A DNA stretch of 64,000 bases from Bacteroidota bacterium. GTDB lineage: Bacteria; Bacteroidota; Ignavibacteria; Palsa-1295. The translations under genes were made by a program, and so were the position numbers. Positions 1 through 9,202 of this stretch are shown piece after piece. Each line of letters opens with the position of its first letter. The stretch's first letter is position 1. The stretch covers positions 22,612 to 86,611 of the forward strand of contig JAJPIO010000011.1 of assembly GCA_021324735.1 (NCBI GenBank), in the 5' to 3' direction. The notes beneath the pieces were generated by a model. The model did no database searches. It was not told the origin of the DNA and saw nothing but the letters and a program-made list of their open reading frames with translations.

Positions 1-375
1 AGCTACAATGCGTATCTGGTAGAGAAACGCGATCAGAATGGCGATCTCCGTTCATTTGTATTTGGCGGCGATACCGGCTATATCCAAACGTTTCGCCAGA
101 TCGGTGAGCGTATGCGAAACGAAGGACGCGAGATCGACTGCGCTATTATGCCGATCGGTACCTATAATCCATGGGTCCAAACGCATTGCAATCCCGAGCA
201 AGCGTGGCGCATGACACAAGAGATGAATGCTCGCCGAATTGTGCCGGTACACTGGAATACCTTCACGCAATCTTCGGAACCGCGACATGAGCCGATGCAC
301 TGGTTGCGTGCGGTCGTGGATTCACGCGACTCGATCGCTCTTAACGATCACGGGCAGACCTGGAGTACGACGTAA
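1..375 (+). CDS. MBL-fold metallo-hydrolase (NAPE-PLD/RomA-like), 5'-truncated by window edge
   Basis: Frame open from base 1; motifs FGGDTGY, PIGTYNP..H.NPEQA, PVHWNTF. Confidence 0.85.
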   Translation, partial: SYNAYLVEKRDQNGDLRSFVFGGDTGYIQTFRQIGERMRNEGREIDCAIMPIGTYNPWVQTHCNPEQAWRMTQEMNARRIVPVHWNTFTQSSEPRHEPMHWLRAVVDSRDSIALNDHGQTWSTT

Positions 376-407
376 CACGCTTGCACTCCATCCTAAAGAT
401 CCTAAGA

Positions 408-2729
408 CTAAGCCTTTACTTTTGCCGCCTCTTTATATAGCGTCTCTACATACTCATTCAGCATGCGCTCGCTCGAAAAGCGAGGCAGGATCGTTGCAAT
501 GGACGATTTAGCGATCTCGAGCCACTTATGGGGTATACCATCCGATTCTTTATCGTAGTAGCTTGGGATGATCTCGTGTTGCAAGATATCATACATTTTC
601 GCGGCGTCCGCCCAGTCCTGATCGTCCTGCGAACCTTCGGTTGCACCGTCGACGCCCCATCCGTTTCGAGTCCCAAGCGTTGAGGATGGAGCACTTTCGT
701 AAGCTTCCATCCACCAGCCATCCAGCACGGAAAAATTTGGTACGCCATTGATAGCGGCTTTCATGCCGCTGGTACCCGATGCTTCCAGTGGCGCTTTGGG
801 GTTGTTCATCCACACATCGACACCACGAACGAGGTATTTCGCCGAATGCATACCGTAGTTCTCGATAAAGGCGATACGTCCGTTGAACGCAGGGTCCTGC
901 GCATGCTGCCAGATCTCACGGATAAGATATTTACCGCCATCATCGGCAGGGTGTGCTTTACCACTAAAAACGATCTGTATTGGGCGAAGGGGATCGCTAA
1001 CTAATTGCTTGAGGCGGTCCAGGTCCTTAAAGATAAGGGTCGCTCGCTTATAGGTTGCGAACCTACGTGCAAAGCCGATCGTCAGAATACTGGGGTCGAG
1101 CAAGAGACCGCTCGGTACAAACAGATTAGGATTGTATCCATCCCCTAACCATTTGCGCCGCGCACGATCGGTAATAAAGCTAAAAAGGCTCGTCTTCAGT
1201 ATTTGTCGAACCCGCCACAAACTTTCGTCGGGTATAGAGAATATTCGTTGCCAATAGTCATCGTCGGCCAGATGCTCGCGCCAGTCTTCGCCCATCTCCT
1301 TGGAGAAGAACATCTCCATTTCCGGAGCGAGCCACGTCGGAATGTGAACACCATTCGTTACCGACGACAATGTTGATGGACGAAGAACGAAGGAAGATCG
1401 GTCCCTGCTTTTATCCTCATTCGGTTTCGTTATACTTTCACCATCATCCTTACTCACTAAGGTCGGCCACATTTCGGCTGTTACTTCGCGATGTTTTTTG
1501 CTGACGGCATTCACCCGACCGGCAAGATTCATCGCAAGGGCGGTCATATTGAATGCGCCATCATGTTCTCCAAGCGAGAAGAACTCTTGCTTGTTCATTC
1601 CCAGCTGCGGCCAGTAATGCCAAAAGTAGCGCTCGATCAGGTCCATCGAGAAGGCATCGTGACCGGCCGGTACGGGAGTATGCGTCGTAAAGACCGAGCA
1701 CTCTCGAACGCTGTCGATCGCGGCCTGCGTGGATAGTTGCGGACGAGCCTTCTGCGCAGCACCGTTGCTCGAACTCGAACCATTGCTCGAACTCGAACCA
1801 TTGCTCGAGCCATTGAGATGCGTAAGCTCACTTCCCGTTGGCTGTTCAGGGCGTTGAGCGAGAAGTTCTCGAAGCCTCTCCAGAAACATAAATGCAACGT
1901 GGCCTTCATTTGCATGCCATACGTCCGGATGAAGCCCTAATGCCCGCACGACGCGCACCCCACCAATACCGAGTGCGATCTCTTGCCGCAGGCGATATTC
2001 ACGGTCGCCACCATAGAGTCGCGTTGTGATCTCGCGATTCCACGGTTTATTCTTCTCGACGTTCGAATCCATCAGATAGATCTTCGTCCGGCCGCATCGG
2101 ATCAGCCAGACTTGAAGATGCAGGAGATCATCCGGACTTTCGAGCGGGATCTCCACCATCAGTGGCTCGCCGCTGGGCAAATACGCTCGCTCGATCGCTA
2201 CATTCGCCACGTCGAGATCGGCATAGTGTGCGATCTGATCGCCCTCGGCCGATATTTCTTGTTCGAAATAGCCTTTCGGATACATGAATCCGACGGCCGT
2301 AAAATTAAGCCCCTGGTCGCTTGCTGTTTTGGCATGGTCACCGGAGAGTATTCCTAATCCTCCGGAATAGATCGGAAGACTGCCGTGCAGTCCATACTCC
2401 GCCGAGAAATAAGCGACGCTCGGTGAGTTATCCAATGTATGCTCTCCACCCTCCAGACCCAATAAATAATCATCGAAGAGTTTCATCACGTGCTCGTAGT
2501 GAGCGAGAAATGTCGGGTCCTTCGAGAGGCGCTCGAGACGGTCGGGCGTGACCTCGTGAAGCATTCGAACCGGATTGTGATCGCTTTGCCGCCATAACCT
2601 CACGGAGACCGATCGGAAAAGCATTCGCGCTTCCGGTGACCAGCTCCACCATAAGTTATGGGCAAGTTCTTCTAAGCGGGCAATCGCAGTAGGCAACCGT
2701 GAGGGTTGAAGAGGGCTTTGGTCAGGCAT
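408..2729 (-). CDS. glgP: Alpha-glucan (glycogen) phosphorylase
   Basis: LAHNLWWSW, YFSAEYG..SLPIYSGGLG, HANEGH, FTTHTPVPAGHD, GFARRFATYKR, EASGTSGMKA (PLP lysine). Confidence 0.97.
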   Translation of the reverse strand: MPDQSPLQPSRLPTAIARLEELAHNLWWSWSPEARMLFRSVSVRLWRQSDHNPVRMLHEVTPDRLERLSKDPTFLAHYEHVMKLFDDYLLGLEGGEHTLDNSPSVAYFSAEYGLHGSLPIYSGGLGILSGDHAKTASDQGLNFTAVGFMYPKGYFEQEISAEGDQIAHYADLDVANVAIERAYLPSGEPLMVEIPLESPDDLLHLQVWLIRCGRTKIYLMDSNVEKNKPWNREITTRLYGGDREYRLRQEIALGIGGVRVVRALGLHPDVWHANEGHVAFMFLERLRELLAQRPEQPTGSELTHLNGSSNGSSSSNGSSSSNGAAQKARPQLSTQAAIDSVRECSVFTTHTPVPAGHDAFSMDLIERYFWHYWPQLGMNKQEFFSLGEHDGAFNMTALAMNLAGRVNAVSKKHREVTAEMWPTLVSKDDGESITKPNEDKSRDRSSFVLRPSTLSSVTNGVHIPTWLAPEMEMFFSKEMGEDWREHLADDDYWQRIFSIPDESLWRVRQILKTSLFSFITDRARRKWLGDGYNPNLFVPSGLLLDPSILTIGFARRFATYKRATLIFKDLDRLKQLVSDPLRPIQIVFSGKAHPADDGGKYLIREIWQHAQDPAFNGRIAFIENYGMHSAKYLVRGVDVWMNNPKAPLEASGTSGMKAAINGVPNFSVLDGWWMEAYESAPSSTLGTRNGWGVDGATEGSQDDQDWADAAKMYDILQHEIIPSYYDKESDGIPHKWLEIAKSSIATILPRFSSERMLNEYVETLYKEAAKVKA

Positions 2730-2859
2730 CGTGGTAAGAGTGTTGCGTCAATAATGGATGGCCGCGCCTTGAACAACATTTAAAGAAAGATAGTATCGTC
2801 TCCAAATGCAGCCACACGACCATTGAACTTAGCGACAGACGACAGCAATTATTCTTCCA

Positions 2860-3054
2860 TTATCCTTCTTTACGCGTCCCATTCGTTCGATTTTGCATCT
2901 CTTGAATTTCCAGCCAGAGCTCAAAAAGCTTGTCGTTCGGAGTAAAATTCTTCTTCGGACATGCGATCAAAAATTGTTCTTCCAAGGTGATGAGTTGATC
3001 GCGCTCGCGGTCGGTTGTTGGCCAAAATAGAGCGTTTTTCAAATAATTTTCCAT
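2860..3054 (-). CDS. Small hypothetical protein (64 aa)
   Basis: ATG-started ORF with protein-like composition in an otherwise empty gap; no recognised motif. Confidence 0.4.
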   Translation of the reverse strand: MENYLKNALFWPTTDRERDQLITLEEQFLIACPKKNFTPNDKLFELWLEIQEMQNRTNGTRKEG

Positions 3055-3249
3055 TCTTCGAAAGAGTCAAGCTGATGACGGATCCAGCTTTTTGCTTTTT
3101 ATCAGCTTATTTCACCTCTTTCCATTCAACTGCAATACCGCTAACTACCTGATAAGAAGACAGTTAGAGCTGTAAATTAATAAAGCCTTCGCATAGGGCT
3201 TCTTGTCATTAATCCTGCCTGGGGTGGGGAGAAGAATAGAAAACCGAAA

Positions 3250-3285
3250 TAATAGAAAAGACCCGCATCGTACCGGATGCGGGTC
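3250..3285 (-). terminator. Rho-independent terminator
   Basis: 10-bp perfect stem GACCCGCATC/GATGCGGGTC followed on the minus strand by TTTTCTATTATTT. Confidence 0.7.
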
Positions 3286-3552
3286 CTACCGTTTAACGGA
3301 ATTGGATAAAGGTTTCTCAGAATGCCGAACAACCAAATCCAACCAGCAGAACTGAGTGTCATCCTCCTAAGAGAAAGACGAAAGTTGGCAACGCTCCCTT
3401 AACGCTAAATTATCAATGGTGTTCCGATAAACGATTTTCTTAATATAGGATTTGCCTCATACACTTCTCACTAAACATTAAATAGCGACATAATTTAACC
3501 AATAAGTATATATTAAACATTAAATTTACTAATTTTATCCACAATTGGGAAC

Positions 3553-3560
3553 TAATTTTG
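3553..3560 (+). promoter_or_regulatory. Putative Bacteroidota-type -7 promoter box upstream of the phage-like cluster
   Basis: TAATTTTG matches TAnnTTTG ~48 bp before ATG 3608; the AT-rich context makes a chance match possible. Confidence 0.35.
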
Positions 3561-3607
3561 ACCTTTTTGTTGTTATATTAATGTTGATTTTCTTCCTTAA
3601 GAAAAAT

Positions 3608-3994
3608 ATGCTTAAATTACATCAAATCTCCCCTCTTAAATTCGGTCGGTCATCTAATGCTCTTCCCATTGAAGACTCGTTCGAAGACACTACTTCCTAT
3701 GCCGACGAGCCCCTATTCGAAGATAACTTCGATGAATTACAGGACCTCGATGAGGATGATCTCGATCATTACGACGATGCATTCCCCTTCTCGGAAGGTG
3801 ATCTCCGCTTTCTGCGGGACTTCATTCTGAGCTCTGCCACCTACGTGGAAGAGCTGGAATCTCTCGTCTGTGATAGCTCGGAGGATTTCTGGGAAGCGCG
3901 TGAACATGCATATCGCATTGTCACTGCGGCGCTTATTAATTACTTCCTCTATGAGATGGAAGAGACAGCCTCCGAAGCAGACTACCGAGACTAA
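3608..3994 (+). CDS. Acidic hypothetical protein at the small-terminase position
   Basis: Very D/E-rich ORF (DNFDELQDLDEDDLDHYDD); ATG 3608 preferred over TTG 3545. Confidence 0.55.
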   Translation: MLKLHQISPLKFGRSSNALPIEDSFEDTTSYADEPLFEDNFDELQDLDEDDLDHYDDAFPFSEGDLRFLRDFILSSATYVEELESLVCDSSEDFWEAREHAYRIVTAALINYFLYEMEETASEADYRD

Positions 3995-4081
3995 CCCTAA
4001 GCACAACCCAGGACTTCTCGGACCTCGGGTATTGCATTATCGTGACCCGTAGGTCCGGGGAAGTCCAACAAATCTTCTCTT

Positions 4082-5674
4082 ATGCCTAAGAAAAACCACC
4101 AAAATAAAGCTGGCCCTAAAAGCAAACCAAAAAATAAGGCAGACCCCAAACCAAAACGAACCGAAATTGAAACAGAACGAAATAAAGAACCGCCTCTCGA
4201 TCCGGTCACTCTCGATCTTCCGTCCTTCGCCGAAAAACTTCTCGATGTTCAATGCTGGCAAAAAATGCGTGAGATCTTCGATCTTGTAGAACGCGGCGAG
4301 CGCAAAATTTTAGTGCGCAGTTGCAACGGCGCTGGCAAAACCACCGCACTCGCCGCCATCTGTAATTGGTATTTTACTCACTACGATGATTCGATCGTAT
4401 TGACCACTGCTTCATCGTGGATTCAAGTACGAAGAAATCTCTGGGGCGAAATTCGACGACAAGCACGAAAGGGAAGGCTGTATTTGGATAAGGATATTAT
4501 TCGCGGCCCGACGAGCGTGCAAGCAAGCGACAAACATTTTATGATCGGCATTTCGCCGAATATCCCGGAGAACGCGATGGGCTTTCATGCACCGCACATG
4601 CTCATCGCTGTGGATGAAGCGACCGGGATCGATCACGAGATCGTGACCGCACTTCTCGGTAATCTCAGCAGCACCAATTCACAGATCGTCATGATCTGCA
4701 ATCCCATCGATAAAGATTCATATCCCTATGAAGCCGAACGCTCCGGTGAATGGAAGGTCGTTTCTATTTCCGCCTTCGATCATCCGAATGTGGTAGAGAA
4801 TTGCGAGGTCATTCCGGGTGCGGTCACCCGCGAGTGGATCGAGGACAGCGTTCGCGCATGGTCGTTCGAAGTGACTCCCGATGCATCCGAACCGCTTACA
4901 ACGCTACAGATCCCGTGGACCGACAAATGGTACCGGAGTAATGCGCCCGTTCAGGCTCGCATACTTGGCGAGTGGGCTCAGCTCGAGTCTGCAGGATTTA
5001 TTCCGATCGAACTCATCGAACGCAACGTGCGGAAAACACCATCCCTGTTTGGAGAACCTCATCATCAACCCTCTTCCGACACACGGCCACGAATGCGCGT
5101 TATGGGCGTTGATATTTCTCGCGGTGTTGGCAGGGATGCGACGATCTACGCATACTTCGATGTCGTCCCGGATGGACCTGATGTGCAGCGGCAGTTTCTC
5201 AGGACCTACGGTGATGACCTCATGCGAACTGCGGATCGGATACGGACGGAATACGAAAACGCTAAAGCACAAGGTATCGAACTTGTTATTGCGCTCGATG
5301 ATACTGGCTTAGGAGGCGGCGTGAGCGACCGATTGAAACGCATTGACATACCGTTCTTTCCGGTAAACTTCTGTCAAAGGCCGCACGGCTTTATTCGAGG
5401 TAAAGATATTGCGAACGCGAAAGCCGAAATGTTTTTCATTCTTCACGATGAACTGCTCGAAGGCAAAATTCAGATCGTCGACCTGCCGCGATTCCATCAG
5501 GAGTTATCTTCCATTCGCCTGGATGTAAGTAAAACTTCAACGGCCTACAAAATGGAAGACAAAGAGGAAACCCGCAAGCGCCTCCATCGTTCACCCGATT
5601 ACGCCGATGCTACGGCGCTCGCGCGATATGCTCTCTGGCTTCACAAATATTCGAAGAAGAATTGGTTGCTCTGA
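4082..5674 (+). CDS. terL: Phage terminase large subunit
   Basis: Walker A RSCNGAGKTT, Walker B LIAVDEA, coupling motif ICNP, nuclease acidic motifs MGVDIS, ALDDTGLGGGV, RSPDYADA. Confidence 0.93.
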   Translation: MPKKNHQNKAGPKSKPKNKADPKPKRTEIETERNKEPPLDPVTLDLPSFAEKLLDVQCWQKMREIFDLVERGERKILVRSCNGAGKTTALAAICNWYFTHYDDSIVLTTASSWIQVRRNLWGEIRRQARKGRLYLDKDIIRGPTSVQASDKHFMIGISPNIPENAMGFHAPHMLIAVDEATGIDHEIVTALLGNLSSTNSQIVMICNPIDKDSYPYEAERSGEWKVVSISAFDHPNVVENCEVIPGAVTREWIEDSVRAWSFEVTPDASEPLTTLQIPWTDKWYRSNAPVQARILGEWAQLESAGFIPIELIERNVRKTPSLFGEPHHQPSSDTRPRMRVMGVDISRGVGRDATIYAYFDVVPDGPDVQRQFLRTYGDDLMRTADRIRTEYENAKAQGIELVIALDDTGLGGGVSDRLKRIDIPFFPVNFCQRPHGFIRGKDIANAKAEMFFILHDELLEGKIQIVDLPRFHQELSSIRLDVSKTSTAYKMEDKEETRKRLHRSPDYADATALARYALWLHKYSKKNWLL

Positions 5675-5678
5675 GTTT

Positions 5679-5848
5679 GTAGCCGTAGTTCGTAGCCGTA
5701 GCCTTCAGGCTACGCCGTAGGAATAGGCACCCTTACAAATCGTGCGAAGAATCTTCGATGTTCACCAATTGACAACCGTGTTGGCTTCCCACAGCCGCAA
5801 GCTAAAGCATGCGGCTACAATTCGTAGCCGTAGCCTTCCTAAAGCATG
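5679..5848. repeat. GTAG-family REP doublet (REPIN-like) plus partial copies
   Basis: GTAGCCGTAGCCTTCAGGCTACG (5692-5714) in inverted orientation to CGCAAGCTAAAGCATGCGGCTAC (5796-5818). Confidence 0.8.
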
Positions 5849-5871
5849 AAAAGCGAGAACGGCTTATGACG

Positions 5872-6348
5872 TTAGTTCGGCGCGATGAGGTAGCGAATAC
5901 TGCCTTGTATCTGGACGGAATCGTCGGGTAGTCCAACAGGCGACTGAATTGCAGTGATGGAGAATACGGTCGTATTGCCGGTATTGCTTGTCGGTGTGGG
6001 TGCGAAACTCACACCCCACCAGCCATCGCTCGCCTCCTGTGGTATCACATCGTAGCCAGAAGGTGGCGGAGGGTCGAACGTCATCACCATCGGTGGCTTT
6101 CCATCCGCACGTTTGGCCGGATCCGCCCACCTAAAATAAAGGCGGTAGAGCGTGGTGCAGTCACCTGCGGCCTTCGGAGACTTGAGGGTATAAGCCGCGG
6201 TGTATGAGATTGTAGTATTTAGTTGAGCGGTCTGAATATCGCCGCTGCAATCATCCGGAGGCGCGACGTTCCCGCTCGAATCATGACAACTGATATTCGT
6301 GAGCACCAGGACGGCGAGCACACACATATACAACAGAAGACGTTTCAT
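5872..6348 (-). CDS. Lipoprotein of unknown function (paralog A)
   Basis: MKRLLL..TNISC lipobox-like signal, GGAGG SD, TATATTTG box at 6386-6393; shares FRWA.PAKRA with the next gene. Confidence 0.8.
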   Translation of the reverse strand: MKRLLLYMCVLAVLVLTNISCHDSSGNVAPPDDCSGDIQTAQLNTTISYTAAYTLKSPKAAGDCTTLYRLYFRWADPAKRADGKPPMVMTFDPPPPSGYDVIPQEASDGWWGVSFAPTPTSNTGNTTVFSITAIQSPVGLPDDSVQIQGSIRYLIAPN

Positions 6349-6582
6349 ACAACCTCCGACAAGAAAAAAATGACAACTCTCAGAGCAAATATACAATGCT
6401 ACTTAATGGGCAGTGCAAAAAATCAGGATGGACAGTTGTCAAAACATATAACAAAGGCCGGTAAGGACGTGCGTTCAGCGGAGCCCGCGCGCGTGAGCGC
6501 AGTCGAAATCGGTACACAACCATAATGATGCTCGCAAACGCCGGGCTCGATATGTGGCAGATAACATTACCCGCTCCCCACA

Positions 6583-6609
6583 GCCGCAAGCTAAAGCATG
6601 CGGCTACAA
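6583..6609. repeat. Single REP copy
   Basis: GCCGCAAGCTAAAGCATGCGGCTACAA identical to 5794-5820. Confidence 0.8.
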
Positions 6610-6621
6610 TTTGCGGCGACG

Positions 6622-7158
6622 CTACTTCTTCGGGAAGTTATTGTAAAAATAAATTCGGCAGACGATCTCTGTGCTATCGATGGCGGCGGCCTCCCAGTCG
6701 AGCCGGCAACCAACATAATACTGCGTAGTGGGATAACCGCTGTTCTTATTACCGATGTTGAAATCGATCACCCACCAATCTCCCATAATGAGATTTCCAT
6801 TAGCATCCATAACCGTATCACGACGAAACACGGGCGCGGGATGTGGAAAGTAAGCAAACTCGGCCAGCGGCTGAAAGGCATGCTCCAAATTTAGGAGCGG
6901 TGGCATATCGTTATCGATCGCGCGCTTGGCTGGATTCGCCCATCGAAAGTTGAAGATATACTCGGCTTCACAATCGTTGCGGGCCGTTGGCGTTTGAAGT
7001 TCGAAAAATTCGCCGTTATTATGTATGACCTTCTGAGCGATCACGTAATGCCCGCCCCCGCAATCGTCATTAACCGTAGCTTCCGAACCGGTTTTGCACG
7101 CCGAGAGCGCCATCGCAGTTAGCAGAAGAGAAAAGCGAACCATGCTATGAGTATTCAT
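6622..7158 (-). CDS. Lipoprotein of unknown function (paralog B)
   Basis: LSAC lipobox, AGGAGGAG SD; shares DC...FRWANPAKRA...PP and WW..F blocks with paralog A. Confidence 0.8.
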   Translation of the reverse strand: MNTHSMVRFSLLLTAMALSACKTGSEATVNDDCGGGHYVIAQKVIHNNGEFFELQTPTARNDCEAEYIFNFRWANPAKRAIDNDMPPLLNLEHAFQPLAEFAYFPHPAPVFRRDTVMDANGNLIMGDWWVIDFNIGNKNSGYPTTQYYVGCRLDWEAAAIDSTEIVCRIYFYNNFPKK

Positions 7159-7340
7159 AATACTCCTCCTTAAGTCAGAAGGAAAATGCGCAAGCTAAAT
7201 GCCCGCCCGAATTAGGCGTAAATCGCGATTGAAATGGGCACTCCGGCATCGTTAAGCGCTCGGATCTCGGAAGAATCTTACGGGAGGATTAAAAATCTTA
7301 AAAGCTACTCGATACACTTTTGGTGCAGCGGACAAAGTTC

Positions 7341-7469
7341 GTGGCCGTAGCCTTTTAGGCTACGCCGTGGGGAATAGGCATCATCACGAACCCTGCGAAA
7401 GATCTTGTGACGGGTACCAATGACAACCATATCGCTTCCCAACAAACGCAAGCTGAAGCATGCGCTACA
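7341..7469. repeat. Second REP doublet homologous to 5692-5818
   Basis: GTGGCCGTAGCCTTTTAGGCTACG...GGAATAGGCA...TGACAACC...GCTTCCC...CGCAAGCTGAAGCATGCGCTAC. Confidence 0.8.
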
Positions 7470-7470
7470 T

Positions 7471-9138
7471 CTATTCGATGCATTTCGGAGGCCGTTGAAA
7501 ATTCGAATCTGTGGCGATACGCTCTTGAAACGCCCTCGCTATATCGCTATAATGTGGCGAGCGGGTATCAACGAAGAATTCAAGCTCGTACAGATAGGGC
7601 ACGAGTGCAATAGGCACATAATTCCGAAATTCCGGGGACTGAGCCAACAGTGAATATTGTGATCCAATTAACCCGTGTCCTTCTTCAAAAATAGACTGAC
7701 ACGTATCCTGTGTATTTGTTCTGGGTATGAGTGGCAATATAATGAGGTCCGGTTTTTTCTCTACAATGAAATCGATAACCTGCTGCACATATTTGGCGTG
7801 GGCGATCTCATTCGTGTTAAGGCCGACGGGATCGATATGCCGAAGCTCCGAATAATACGGCAGTTCACCAGCATCAGCCCATGCCAAAGTGATTGAATCA
7901 TGCTGGGGAATGGCCCGCAACATTGTAGCAACTTCGAGATACGTATCGCGATCCGACTTAAGCCAACCGCGTGGTATTCGCATGAAACCCGTAGCAGCCA
8001 CAAACACCGCAATAACGAGAATCCCAAGCACTGTTGCACCACTCATGCGGAGCGCACCCAATCGCCAACAGGAAAGCTTTCGGGCGATACTCCCTGCCCC
8101 CGGTGCGGCAAGGCAAAATAGAATCGCTTCGATCGAAAGCGTGAATCTCCCATACCCGGCCTGCAGAAGATGCGAGAAAAGATAAAACGTGCTGAGCAAC
8201 ACGCACCACAAGAGTGCGCTACGAAGAACCGGGATGCGCCAAATGGCTCGAATACCTAGTATGGCAGGAATAACGAGAATGAGCGTCCGAATGTAAAATC
8301 TTCCGATCGTACCATAGCCCGGGAAAATGCGGCCGAGAAGTGTTTGCGAGGGTGCGGCCGACTGGACAACCTTCACATAGAACGAGTTCGGAAGCAAGTT
8401 GCCAAAATACCATAGCTTCCATAGTGCATATAATATCAACGGCGCAACAAAATAAGCGGCGAAGCTTCGCACCGTTGCACCTCGATCCTCAACTTGTTTT
8501 TGGAACAGGGCAACAAAGAGGAGAACAACACCTAACAGCGCACCCTCTGGTCGCACAAGAGCGGTCAGCGTTGCGAAAACAAATGCGGCATTAAGCCGAC
8601 CCGCTGAAAATGCCCATAGGGCGAACAAGAGCAGCATCACAAATACACTTGATTCGAGGCCGCTGTATGCGTTCATCCACGTCCAGGGATCGAGCAAGAA
8701 CAACACTGAAATCACTAGTGCAACTTTCCGCGCAAACAGAGACAGCGAGCCGGTTTGGATCGAAGCCAGGACCGGGAGAATAATACGATAGATCGCTATC
8801 GCCGACAAGCAAACTGCCAAGACGCCAATAAGCTGCGATACAAGGAGAAGATTAGATCCAAGCGCACTAAATGGCACCAGCAATAGCATATAGAGGAAAT
8901 TGGTGTAGCCTTCCGTATGAGCACCACCGGCATTCCATACGATACCAAGACCTTGTGCTACGTGCTGCGAGTATCGAAAGGTGATATAAGTATCATCGAG
9001 CACATACCCCATTCGCACGGGCCACCACAGCGTCCCAACCAGCAACGCGATCGTAACAAGTACGAACGACGAATTACGCGCAACGAACGGTAATTCGTCG
9101 CGCTTCGGGACTTCCACTTTCGTCGTCACATCTAACAT
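7471..9138 (-). CDS. Polytopic membrane protein, GT-C-type glycosyltransferase (arabinofuranosyltransferase-like)
   Basis: DDTYITFRYS..A.G.G.VWN...EGYTN motif, SGLE, RPEG, multiple TM helices, D.VGLN. Confidence 0.75.
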   Translation of the reverse strand: MLDVTTKVEVPKRDELPFVARNSSFVLVTIALLVGTLWWPVRMGYVLDDTYITFRYSQHVAQGLGIVWNAGGAHTEGYTNFLYMLLLVPFSALGSNLLLVSQLIGVLAVCLSAIAIYRIILPVLASIQTGSLSLFARKVALVISVLFLLDPWTWMNAYSGLESSVFVMLLLFALWAFSAGRLNAAFVFATLTALVRPEGALLGVVLLFVALFQKQVEDRGATVRSFAAYFVAPLILYALWKLWYFGNLLPNSFYVKVVQSAAPSQTLLGRIFPGYGTIGRFYIRTLILVIPAILGIRAIWRIPVLRSALLWCVLLSTFYLFSHLLQAGYGRFTLSIEAILFCLAAPGAGSIARKLSCWRLGALRMSGATVLGILVIAVFVAATGFMRIPRGWLKSDRDTYLEVATMLRAIPQHDSITLAWADAGELPYYSELRHIDPVGLNTNEIAHAKYVQQVIDFIVEKKPDLIILPLIPRTNTQDTCQSIFEEGHGLIGSQYSLLAQSPEFRNYVPIALVPYLYELEFFVDTRSPHYSDIARAFQERIATDSNFQRPPKCIE

Positions 9139-9202
9139 TTGAGAGACATACTAACGCATCCTTCTTCTAATTCATCATTCATAATTCATCATTTCCTATG
9201 AC

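Noticed and set aside
5675-7470. Integron cassette array (attC sites) or CRISPR array
   Set aside because: Repeats are GTAG-ended REP-type palindromes without RYYYAAC/GTTRRRY ends or regular spacers; no intI or cas genes in the window.
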